Shown: positions 13,215 through 23,405 of the stretch, piece after piece | Numbering within the stretch: position 1 is the stretch's first letter | How the letters are laid out: each line of letters starts with the position of its first letter | Origin: Octopus bimaculoides | Lineage: Eukaryota | Length of the DNA: 40,939 bases | Reading direction: 5' to 3' | NCBI RefSeq assembly: GCF_001194135.2 | Contig: NC_068999.1 | Span: forward strand, 31,661,070 to 31,702,008 | Notes under the pieces: model-generated | Database searches by the model: none | Told to the model about the DNA's origin: nothing | Seen by the model: the letters and a program-made list of their open reading frames with translations, nothing else | Made by a program: the position numbers and the translations under genes

Positions 13215-13660
13215 TGAACCTCTCAAATCAAAAGAATATTGATGGAAATTTAAAATCAAACCGCCACAAAGTTGAAACAGGACCGGCCAGATATAGTTGA
13301 GTGGGACATCAAGAAAAAATATCCTCTAATTCAGGATAAAAACATATAGGTACATTGCTGCATAATTTTTTTTCCTCAACAGGCCCTGCCCTGTTTAACA
13401 TTGTCCCGAAACAGATAAAAGAGGAAACAGATCCTATCAGTTTTAAACGGAGTCTAGACAGCTTTCTTCAAAGAATACCAGACAAACCACCCATACCTGG
13501 ATACAACTCACTCAACAAGAACTCACTACTTGAATGGACCATAGACAAAACTTGACTGTAAAAAGGATTTAGATAATCCTATCAGGTGGTGCTATTAAGT
13601 TAGACATGGGCTGGACCAACCTTTGGTCGAAACATATCTAAGTTTTATCTAAGTTTTATC
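13215..13660 (+). mobile_element. CR1/L2-group LINE, 5'-truncated 3' end (ORF2 C-terminus, 3' UTR, tandem tail)
   Basis: HNFFSSTGPALFNIVPKQIKEETDPISFKRSLDSFLQRIPDKPPIPGYNSLNKNSLLEW fits the C-terminal GPxLFN...FKxxLDxFL..IPD.P..PGY...NSL pattern. In-frame stops lie upstream, and the tail is atctaagttttatctaagttttatc. Confidence 0.75.
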
Positions 13661-13707
13661 TGTTGTGGAAATCAGCTGTCCTCTGGATTCCAATACAATC
13701 AGAAATA

Positions 13708-13990
13708 TGAGGGTGGGATGCAAAGTTCATAGGCTGACTATCAAAGAGTGACGCTAGAGGCGTGAAATCTTGTATGCATTAATTTCAAATCCTCTTCGTT
13801 AATAACCGCATTGTTTCTTTGCAGATAATCTGACTCTTCAAAGAAGACTTAAAATTTGGCATCGTGGTGTTATCAAGTACCGGCAGAAAAAGGATTTAGT
13901 CTCCAGGGACATTCAAGCTAATTTGGTAGCCACATTATGGGATGACGTTCCAGCAGTGCAAAAAATGGGCAGCTGAATTTAGTGATGGAA
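13708..13990 (+). mobile_element. Mariner-family 5' fragment
   Basis: Preceded by TA (13706-13707), TIR tgagggtgggatgcaaagttc, then decayed WHRGVIKY..KKDLVSRDIQANLVATLWDDVP..VQKMGS/AEF; homologous to 5601-5927. Confidence 0.8.
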
Positions 13991-14483
13991 GCAGTATTAG
14001 TGTCATAGAGCAATATTTATATCCTGCTTAACATGGATGGCTTCTTAGAATTCCGTATACTGCGTATATGTAGGTTTCTATGCATGTATGTGTGTGTGTG
14101 TGTGTGTGTATGTTTGCGTGTGTATATGTGTGTGTGTGTACCCTTATATGGGCGCATTAAGTATAAAAGTACACACATAAATTGTAGCAGATGAAAATTG
14201 TCTTTTATTGTCGTTGGATTACTTGATGTCAGTTTTTTGGCCTCCTTCAGTAGCAGGCCACATACCCGTCGAATTTCCTTGCCATGATATCTAGAATTTC
14301 AGTATCTTTTCAGTCACTCTTGTCGCAAATAGCTAGCGGGCTTATTAAAAAATAATTATTAGCGACAGAAGCAGTATTATTTCCGGCGCCCATAACAGAC
14401 GATTCTCATCTGCAACGATTTGTCTGTGCTTAAGAGAGGATGTCTAACAAGGCAGTCATATTAAATTGGGTATACATATATAT

Positions 14484-14579
14484 TGCGTGGCATTTTGGGC
14501 AAGTGTCTTATACTATAGTCAAGGGCCGACCAAAACCTTGCGAGAGGATTTGGTGGGCGGAAACTGAAACAAGCCCATC

Positions 14580-14659
<80 letters not shown>

Positions 14660-14776
14660 AATTATGTGTATTATATGTGTATTTCTATGGATCACACAGG
14701 TTGTAATCCTTTGAAACATATGTAGGAATAAAGTATGCAACTATAACGTGCGTTTTCTCCAATCCTTAAATTCTTA

Positions 14777-14813
<37 letters not shown>

Positions 14814-15018
14814 ATATATTTGTGTGTCTGTGTTTATTCCCCCACCTTCGCTTGACAACCGATGTTGGTGTGTTTACGTCGCCATAACCTAATGGATCGG
14901 AAAAACAGACGGATAGAATAAGTATTAGGCTTAAAAAGAATAAGACCTGAAGTCGATTCGTTCGACTACAGGCGGTGCTCTAGTATGGCCGCAGTCAAAT
15001 GACCGAAACAAGTAAAAG
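14484..15018 (+). mobile_element. SINE family B, bipartite, with expanded internal (TA)n and an intervening segment
   Basis: 5' part 14484-14582, (TA)n 14582-14656, about 115 bp of unrelated sequence, then 3' part 14820-15018 (cttgacaaccgatgttggtgtgtttacgtc...ggccgcagtcaaatgaccgaaacaagtaaaag). Confidence 0.8.
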
Positions 15019-15341
15019 TATATGTATATATGTGTGTATGTATGTATGTATGTATGTATGTATGTGTGTATGTATGTATGTGTGTGTGTGTGTATGTGCG
15101 TGAGTGCGTGTGTTATTTTTTTACATACGTTACAAGTGTGAGCATGGGTGTAATATATTTTAAGTTCTTTGTTGTTTGTACGTATTTCCTTACTCATTCT
15201 TGGAGGTAGATCGTTACAGCACACGGGTATTCAACGAATTATTAATGTATTTATATATAGGATGCACCGAATAATCTTATAGAAAGATAGCTGGATATAA
15301 AAATGGATGTATGCATGGCCGAACGGACAGACAGTTCGTTC

Positions 15342-15344
<3 letters not shown>

Positions 15345-15412
<68 letters not shown>

Positions 15413-15588
15413 GGATGGATGGATGGATGGATAGACAAACAGTTACGTACATAGAGAGAGGGGAAGCGAAAGATAGACAGTCAGATCGATAGAGGCAGAG
15501 AGACAAATAGACAGACAAGGGACAGGCAGCTAGTTAAATAATTATACAGATGTTAAATAATTATACAGATGTTAAATAATTATATAGT

Positions 15589-15656
<68 letters not shown>
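15345..15656. repeat. (GATA)n/(GATG)n, 19-bp x3 tandem repeat and (GA)n
   Basis: The unit gttaaataattatacagat occurs three times at 15533-15589, flanked by tetra- and dinucleotide tracts. Confidence 0.9.
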
Positions 15657-15658
<2 letters not shown>

Positions 15659-16365
15659 TGGGGAGAGAAAGACTAACATATTGATTTGGTTCCTAATGAA
15701 ATGACCCATGTGACATTTAACTAAATTTAACAACCAAAGTTATGCAATTACTATTTGGTTAGCAATGACTTCGTGCGAGTTATTGAAACGGCTTAGATGA
15801 AATGAAATTATTCAAACATCAACGATCCTTTACATGTATACATATATATATAGACACGCCCAGAGTCAGAGAATGTCTGGTGTGAATGTGAAAAAGAGAT
15901 GGGTGAATAAACGGGGATAAATTCAAAGGTTATATATATTTAGTTTGAGTAGGTGTATAGTTAAGAGATTGTTCTTAAGGAATATTATTTAAGTTTAAAC
16001 CAACAGTCGATTAAAGAAGTTAAGACACTTTTAGAGAGAAATCTCATCATAATATTGCATCTTCTTCACATACAATCCCATTATATTATCAAATGTCACT
16101 GTCTCCCAGATAAATAAGTTTTGACATATTTCGGATTATCTGATGAAAATAGTTATCGGACTGTATCGTTGTGTGTGTGTTTATGCATTTATGTAGATGT
16201 GTATAGGCATGTATGAGTGTATGCATATATTTTTGAATGTACGTGTGTATGTGTGCATATATGTATACGTATTTACATGTGTGTAAATATATATTTTAAA
16301 TATTCTAAATATTTACGTTTATGAATTTGTTTTAAGATTTCTGATGTAAAAGCTTGTGTTGAAAC

Positions 16366-16745
16366 AGATATTGTTATATTTCGGGATAGTCATTTTTTTT
16401 TTTTTTACCAAATAAACATATGCGTTATATATTCGTTCTTCACTTGTATATTACTGTTCTAATTTTATCTTATGCCCATCATCCGGAAATCTTTCGTCAC
16501 ACAACTGTGGCCTCTTTAGCGACCCTTTCCATCCACGTGTGTTCTCCTGCTCCGTTTAGTCCATGAGGACACAAGTGGACGGAAAGGGTCGCTAAAGAGG
16601 TCACAGATGTGTGACGAAAGATTTTCAGATGATGAACATAAGATAAAATGAGAACAGTAATAAACAAGTGAAGAACGAATAATATAATGCGTGTGGTTTA
16701 TTTGGCAAACAAAAAAAATGACCATCCCGAAATATAACAATATCT
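16366..16745. repeat. 380-bp foldback palindrome (MITE-like)
   Basis: Arms 16366-16546 and 16565-16745 (~181 bp each) are reverse complements around an 18-nt loop; the inner 70 bp have 7 mismatches. Termini are AGATATTG...CAATATCT with AAC on both flanks. Confidence 0.9.
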
Positions 16746-16769
16746 AACTATTTACTTTTCCAAAAACTA

Positions 16770-16990
16770 ATAATAATGGTTTCAAATTATGGCACAAGAC
16801 CACAAATTCCGTGGAGGGTTAAATCGATTACTTCGACCACAGCACTGAACTGGTACTTTATTTTATCGATTTCGAAACGATGAAAGGTAAAGCTGACCTT
16901 GGTGGAATTTGAACTCAGAACATGAAGACGGACGAAATGCCGCAAAGCATTTCACCCAGCGCGGTAGCAATTCTGCCAACTGACCGCTTT
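16770..16990 (-). mobile_element. SINE family A, full-length copy
   Basis: Head gcggtcagttggcagaattgctaccgcgctgggtgaaatgc, B box gagttcaaattcc, tail ggtcttgtgccataatttgaaaccattattatt. Confidence 0.85.
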
Positions 16991-17097
16991 AGTTTTCCCC
17001 CAAAATAATAAACAGTTGCGGAGGCTTTAACTACCGGGGACACTGTTACGCATTACATACCAATGCTTTGTAACGCCTACTAAGGCGACATGCCATA

Positions 17098-17153
<56 letters not shown>

Positions 17154-17316
17154 NNNNNNNNNNNNNNNNNNNNNNNNNNNNNNNNNNNNNNNNNNNNNNN
17201 NNNNNNNNNNNNNNNNNNNNNNNNNNNNNNNNNNNNNNNNNNNNNNNGTGTGTGTGTGTGTGCGTGTGTGCGTGCGTGCGTGCATGCGTGTGTGCTGTGT
17301 GTGTATGTGTGTGTGT

Positions 17317-17348
<32 letters not shown>

Positions 17349-17565
17349 ATACATATATACACGAATTTGGGAGAACCCAAACTGGTGCACATCAGAAAGG
17401 ATGGTATGAAAAAAACCCACTGAAATGGATCTGTAAAACTGTACTGTGTAAATAATGATATCCCCCACTCTGTTGACAAATATACGAGTGTTCGTTTTTT
17501 CTCTGCTTTATGAATTCTTAGACAGTTAAATATACGATATATATTTATATATATATATATATATA

Positions 17566-18902
17566 GACAACTGAATAATAACAGACGATGGATAACTGTC
17601 AGTTCATTACAGCTGTTTCTTACGCATTTTTTAATAGAAGTATGAGAACATTACTCCATTACAAAAAACCGTAATCATCAGACGAAACGTAATTTTACAA
17701 ACAAAAGAATATCCCAAGAATACAGCAGGGACGTGGCTGAAGTCTGCCGAGACTAACTATGAAATGGGAGAATGGCCAACAAAGTTGGCCGTTGTAGGTA
17801 TTAAGGGATGGGATTAGAATATAGTTTGTGATAGGGTGTAATATGATATTTAAGCTCAATGACCTGGGTGAGATTGGAATTTGCTAGACTGGTTCTTTGA
17901 TAGGCTAGAGGTGGGGTGTAGTTGATATTTTATTATAGCAGGCTTAAAGAAGTGGGTAGCTGGGAGATGACCGAAGATAAATTAAGAATAAAGAAATAAA
18001 AAGTAAAAGTGATATATCTTAGCTATTGCTAATGCATAATACTGGGTACACCACAAATAGAATGGTTAGTTCCTTCAATATAGCATACCATGCAAGTATA
18101 GTAAGCGTGGTTAGGAAGTGATGGTAAAGAAAAGCGAGACTAGAACTCAAACAATTAAGCAAATCAATCGAGTTTTGGGTCAACGATAGAGGGAGTAAAT
18201 TAGATTGGCCGTAGGTTAGGAGCTGTTATAGAGGTTGTTTAATGTCCTTAAAATATTTAAAGTGCAGGTAGCCTAGGAAAGACGAAGGTCTAGTTTATTA
18301 TTTATTAGATTTTCATTATTTGATCTCTTTAAAATTTCAAACAGCTCCATGCAGCAAAGCCTGCACTCGTATCTGCTGTTTGAGTACGGTTTAGCGACCC
18401 TAATGATGTCCCAACGCAAATCAAATTTAACATTGTCATCCTTGAGTTCCCAAATCTTCGTGGCTAGAGAAGTCCTGCCTGCACTACGTCTTAATTTAAA
18501 GGAAGAATAGTGGTTACGTAAGTGCTCCTTGAGATTTAAGGAGCAGCCGATATAAATGTAAGTATTGGTCACCGTCACAACATTACATTTGTAAACCACA
18601 TTTAGGGCTAAATATCGACCAGAAAGTGGACATGACATTTTGTCTAAACAGTTGCTCCCAATATTACCTAAGACATGAAATTTATTATTACGAGTACGCG
18701 ATCTTACGTTATTATGGCGTTCAAGCTCGCGAGAGCTACCGATGTTCGCATGGTTGTTACCGGGGTTTATATTACTTGGATTATAACTATTACAATTAGT
18801 TGCCGAACCCTGGGTCGGAGAATGTGGGTACTGAGCATTATCGTAAGAGATTTGACTTTCAGATAGTGACACTTTAGGGTGGACAGTATAACGGAAAATT
18901 TT
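17566..18902 (-). mobile_element. Penelope-like element 3' portion: GIY-YIG endonuclease remnant plus ~700-nt 3' UTR with hammerhead, ending at (TA)n
   Basis: ORF 18273-18872 (open from 18902) reads KIFRYTVHPKVS...SNCLDKMSCPLSGRYLALNVVYKCNV...YIYIGCSLNLKEHLRNHYSSF...TSLATKIWELK...WDII...CRLC..E. This matches the PLE endonuclease pattern CPLxGxCL..VVY..YIG...RxxNH..LS..IWxLK..W.I..CxLC. Some conserved Cys/Arg residues are mutated, and no RT is present. Confidence 0.85.
17603..17686 (-). ncRNA. Type I hammerhead ribozyme with long helix II
   Basis: UUCGU-CUGAUGA-UUACG...(55-nt helix II)...CGUAA-GAAA-C(AGCU)G-UA/AUGAA. All core boxes are present, helix I has 5 bp, and the predicted cut lies between 17608 and 17607. 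Confidence 0.8.
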
Positions 18903-19621
18903 TCAGTACAAGTGTTAGTGTTCTGTGCGTTGTGCATATCGACAACATGAATGGAAGTAAGGTTTCCGTTGATGCTTGGACCGTCATCTCAAGTGTTTTC
19001 CCCTTCCACATCTCGCATCTGGTTCCCGTAGCCTGGAGCACCGCTATGTCGCCTTCACTTCCTTTGTGGACTGCAGCTGCTACCCACGTCTATTTCAGGT
19101 GGAATACATTCGACTTTAATCCTTGCTGCCCGTCTGCCCATATAAGTGGGCAACAACACCACTTCATCCTTTATAATCTTCGCTGCCTGCTTCTTTGCAT
19201 TTTGTTCCTTTGTGAACCTCACCTCCAATGTACCAAATCTTGTTCCTCTCTTTATAAAGGCTATGTTGTGCCACAGGGACCTTAAAACTTTTTCTATTTG
19301 GTTTGTGTTTACATTCTCGATTCTGCTAGCCTTCGTTGAAAATGTTTTGTGCATAATTGTCTTTCTCCTGATACCTTCCAACATTTCCTTTGGAGGGAAC
19401 AATTCCACGTTGTACCTCTCTCTAGAGATCAAATTTGAAAAATTACCAATTTTCTTATTGTCAATTTCTTCTTCCTCCTGTCATGTCACTTCCGTGAAGT
19501 CTTTCTTGTCATTCTCCTTGATTTTCTTATCCATTTCTCTTATCGCTTTTAGTAGTTCTTCCGAAGACTATAATTCAGACCCACTAAGGTCTGAATAAAA
19601 TACACTCTTCTTTTTTCCCAT
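18874..19621 (-). pseudogene. L1/Tx1-like ORF1 (RRM-type nucleic-acid chaperone), decayed
   Basis: ATG at 19621 (MGKKKSVFYSDL...), an acidic/coiled-coil-like stretch, then GTRFGTLEVRF...VLLPTYMGRRAARIKVECIPPEID and, after a frameshift near 19082, WVAAAV...WKGKTLEMTVQ...RTLTLVL. Two in-frame stops and no zinc knuckle; clade assignment is from recall of the pattern. Confidence 0.6.
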
Positions 19622-19776
19622 AGCTAACTCTCGTCAAAAGAGGAGAAAAAGCACAAATTGCTGCAAAGCAGCACAAAAACAATTAACAAAGTGTTTATAA
19701 AAACACTGACACAAAAGCAAAACACTACGGAAAACACTGTCAAAATGACTTGGGTACACCTTGCAAAAGACCGGAA

Positions 19777-19808
19777 GCGTGCTAACGTTTCTGCCAGCTC
19801 GCTGCCTT
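19777..19808 (-). mobile_element. SINE family A head only
   Basis: aaggcagcgagctggcagaaacgttagcacgc, then an abrupt switch into the ORF1 5' UTR (ttccggtcttttgc). Confidence 0.75.
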
Positions 19809-21941
19809 TAAAACAGTTTGAATATTGAGCTACGTATTTTTTTTTTGGAGGGGGGGGGATATATGTCCATGTTTGTGTGTTGTGTAATGGGTACGTGTTG
19901 TGTAATGGGTGTGTGCTGTGTATGTATGTGTGCGTTAAGACAAAGAAAGTGAGATGGGCGCTTCAGTAACTACCTCGTCTATAATAAGCTAATAATCTTT
20001 TAACTTCACCTGTATATATTATTTTAGGAATCTTGATAGAGATGATTTTATAGCTTCAGGTAAAAATGTGAACCTTAAAGCATTACTTGTTACTATTCAA
20101 GAAAGTAACTTCACGAAATAGCGTCATAGAATCATCTGAAACTGTCAGGTATCCAAGCAATTCATATCGATATTCAAATTGCATCGTTTAACATGTAAGG
20201 AAGCAATTCATTTTTATCGTATTTGCTGCAAACACAAATTCAGTATCCTTGCAGATATATGTAAATGTGTGTGTGTTTGTATGTGTGTGTAATGTGTGTG
20301 TGTATGTGCGCGCGTGTGCCTGCATGTGTGTGTGCGCGCGCATGCGTGTAAATTACCAAATGCATTCGAAGAGATGTCTAAGTCACAAATACATACTATA
20401 GCATACATAAACACTTCAGCCTTTTAGCTGCTAATCATGAAATCCCTTGTTTTCATTTATCGCTTTCGATATGTTATTTCAATATTTCCGCTCGTGTTAT
20501 TTTCACGGTTTTTTTTTTTTTTTTACCTGGTTTCGACTGAGGTCATCCATGATTCAACAGACTTCTGATTGAATCTTTTGCAGATATATAGATATCTTCC
20601 TTCATAATCGACTACATTATCAGGTATCAGAAGTAATGTGAATTTTGAGGAATATTAAGTTTCTATTTCTTTACATTGAGTTACCACATGGAGGTGTGGG
20701 AGGTTTCTTTATGGCTTGTCTAAAGTGGAATGTTGTTGAAATGTTTTTACCACCAGAAAACATCAAATTTGTTGCCGTAATAAAAAGCACTGTGTGAGCT
20801 TCTTAATGAGTTGGAGAATCAACGAATCTATGGGTTTCATGGCAAAAAAGTGATGTTTTTGAAGCCTCTCAAGAGTTGGCATTTTCGAGATGCTTTTTTG
20901 AAAGATGATGTGCATAAAATTATAAGCACTTGATACTTATGTGCATTGGCTGAATCGTGCTGCTCGAGTAACATTTAACGCATTTGGCGAACTTTATCTC
21001 ATGTACGGCATAAATACGTAGGAATATGTTTATGAGGCAAATGAGGAGGTTGAACAGCGAGTAGAGAGTTTTTTCATCGAGTGGTCGTTTCTTCGACAAC
21101 CATTTCTGGGCGGAAGACCCTGAGAGAGTCAACTCTTTCCTACTAATAAGATATGAACGAAGCTGTGACTATCCAAATAATAAATCGGCCCTTATTTCAT
21201 TAGTTGTGCTCCCAATAGGGTTAAATATGGCAAAAACCTTTATTAAAAACTGAAATAGGCTTCTACAACGGGGATAGAATATTTTATGGATTAATAAAAT
21301 TATTCACAAGCATTCATTGATCTTTTTAACAACACCTTTAACAAATCCTACAATAAAACGCTTTCTTCATATATATGAAGTGTGTCTGTGTGTATGACCT
21401 GTGTAAATTTACGTCCGAATACTATACACACACACATATGCATGTAGCCTCGGGCCGACCGCGAAATTTTTCCCACGAGAGTCCTGGACCTAAGTTATGA
21501 ACTCATTTGCATACAACCAATCAGAGCTTAACTATCAAACTAATTTAGGGGCACATATATATTTNNNNNNNNNNNNNNNNNNNNNNNNNNNNNNNNNNNN
21601 NNNNNNNNNNNNNNNNNNNNNNNNNNNNNNNNNNNNNNNNNNNNNNNNNNNNNNNNNNNNNNNNNNNNNNNNNNNNNNNNNNNNNNNNNNNNNNNNNNNN
21701 NNNNNNNNNNNNNNNNNNNNNNNNNNNNNNNNNNNNNNNNNNNNNNNNNNNNNNNNNNNNNNNNNNNNNNNNNTGTATGTATGTATGTATGTATGTATGT
21801 ATAGATGAGTTCAGAAAAAAATTAGATTCAGATGAATATGGTACTTAAGTTGAGGCACCAGAATTTAGTACAGTATTATCCATACAATTTCAAAAAAAGG
21901 TGATTAAAATTAAAATAAGCAACAAGGATATCCAGAGGTAA

Positions 21942-22027
21942 TGCAGTACGATCGTTTCACGCGACTCCATTTAATTGAACAATGCAACTATTACATCACT
22001 TTAAATGCAGAGCAATCATCAGCTGCA
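21942..22027 (-). ncRNA. Type I hammerhead ribozyme with long helix II (second example)
   Basis: UGCAG-CUGAUGA-UUGC...(57-nt helix II including CAUUUAA/UUAAAUG)...GCGU-GAAA-C(GAUC)G-UA/CUGCA. Helix I is a perfect 5 bp; the predicted cut lies between 21947 and 21946. Confidence 0.75.
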
Positions 22028-22287
22028 CAAAGACAGAATTTAATTAAATTAAAACAGATGGACACATTAGTATAATTTTGCCTAAAATCTACAAGAAGTT
22101 AAGGAGATAGACAAAGAACATGCTGCCTTCACTTCAGCTTAGAAGCTACTAAGGTATCAAGAAGGAAGACTTGTTACAAATTTTGCTTGCCACTGTTTTA
22201 TGGGTCAGTTTTAATTTATAGACTAGTTCTATCAAATGCTTGTAATTCTATAGTCTATAAATTAAAACTAACACCATAAAACAGTGA

Positions 22288-22346
22288 CAATATTCTTAAA
22301 AGAACGAAAAATTATCCAGTAACTCGGGCTAATACGAGTGAGCCTG
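22288..22346. repeat. 59-bp dispersed repeat (inverted copy at 40794-40852)
   Basis: The reverse complement caggctcactcgtattagcccgagttactggataatttttcgttcttttaagaatattg matches 40794-40852 with about 6 transitions. Confidence 0.85.
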
Positions 22347-23367
22347 TCATTGAATGCTCGAAATGATGAGTAGACAGACAGCCGACAACTGATGAAGGGT
22401 CGTTCTTTGTATTACTTGTCCTGTTTTCAAATTTTTTCTCTCGTTTACGTATTTCATATTGTCTATAGTTGGTAACGTCCTGTACCCATATATACATACA
22501 TATATATGTATATATATATATATATNNNNNNNNNNNNNNNNNNNNNNNNNNNNNNNNNNNNNNNNNNNNNNNNNNNNNNNNNNNNNNNNNNNNNNNNNNN
22601 NNNNNNNNNNNNNNNNNNNNNNNNNNNNNNNNNNNNNNNNNNNNNNNNNNNNNNNNNNNNNNNNNNNNNNNNNNNNNNNNNNNNNNNNNNNNNNNNNNNN
22701 NNNNNNNNNNNNNNNNNNNNNNNNNNNNNNNNNNNNNNNNNNNNNNNNNNNNNNNNNNNNNNNNNNNNNNNNNNNNNNNNNNNNNNNNNNNNNNNNNNNN
22801 NNNNNNNNNNNNNNNNNNNNNNNNNNNNNNNNNNNNNNNNNNNNNNNNNNNNNNNNNNNNNNNNNNNNNNNNNNNNNNNNNNNNNNNNNNNNNNNNNNNN
22901 NNNNNNNNNNNNNNNNNNNNNNNNNNNNNNNNNNNNNNNNNNNNNNNNNNNNNNNNNNNNNNNNNNNNNNNNNNNNNNNNNNNNNNNNNNNNNNNNNNNN
23001 NNNNNNNNNNNNNNNNNNNNNNNNNNNNNNNNNNNNNNNNNNNNNNNNNNNNNNNNNNNNNNNNNNNNNNNNNNNNNNNNNNNNNNNNNNNNNNNNNNNN
23101 NNNNNNNNNNNNNNNNNNNNNNNNNNNNNNNNNNNNNNNNNNNNNNNNNNNNNNNNNNNNNNNNNNNNNNNNNNNNNNNNNNNNNNNNNNNNNNNNNNNN
23201 NNNNNNNNNNNNNNNNNNNNNNNNNNNNNNNNNNNNNNNNNNNNNNNNNNNNNNNNNNNNNNNNNNNNNNNNNNNNNNNNNNNNNNNNNNNNNNNNNNNN
23301 NNNNNNNNNNNNNNNNNNNNNNNNNNNNNNNNNNATATATATATATATATATATATTATTTATATTA

Positions 23368-23405
<38 letters not shown>

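Noticed and set aside
14147-14394. 9-bp inverted repeat tatgggcgc...gcgcccata, a possible MITE
   Set aside because: The match does not extend and there is no convincing TSD.
18273-18905. Possible selenocysteine (UGA) usage, reported for some PLE clades
   Set aside because: There is no in-frame TGA at conserved Cys positions; the lost cysteines are AGC/TAT/TAC codons.
18932-19598. Plus-strand ORFs 18932-19285 and 19146-19598, and antisense ORFs over the CRE, Dong and Tx1 elements
   Set aside because: They are shadow frames of the minus- or plus-strand transposon ORFs.
22347-22490. Repeat with GAAA (22360) and CTGATGA (22389) ending in (TA)n, a possible hammerhead
   Set aside because: I could not build helices I and II in type I, II or III topology; at most a truncated or permuted remnant.
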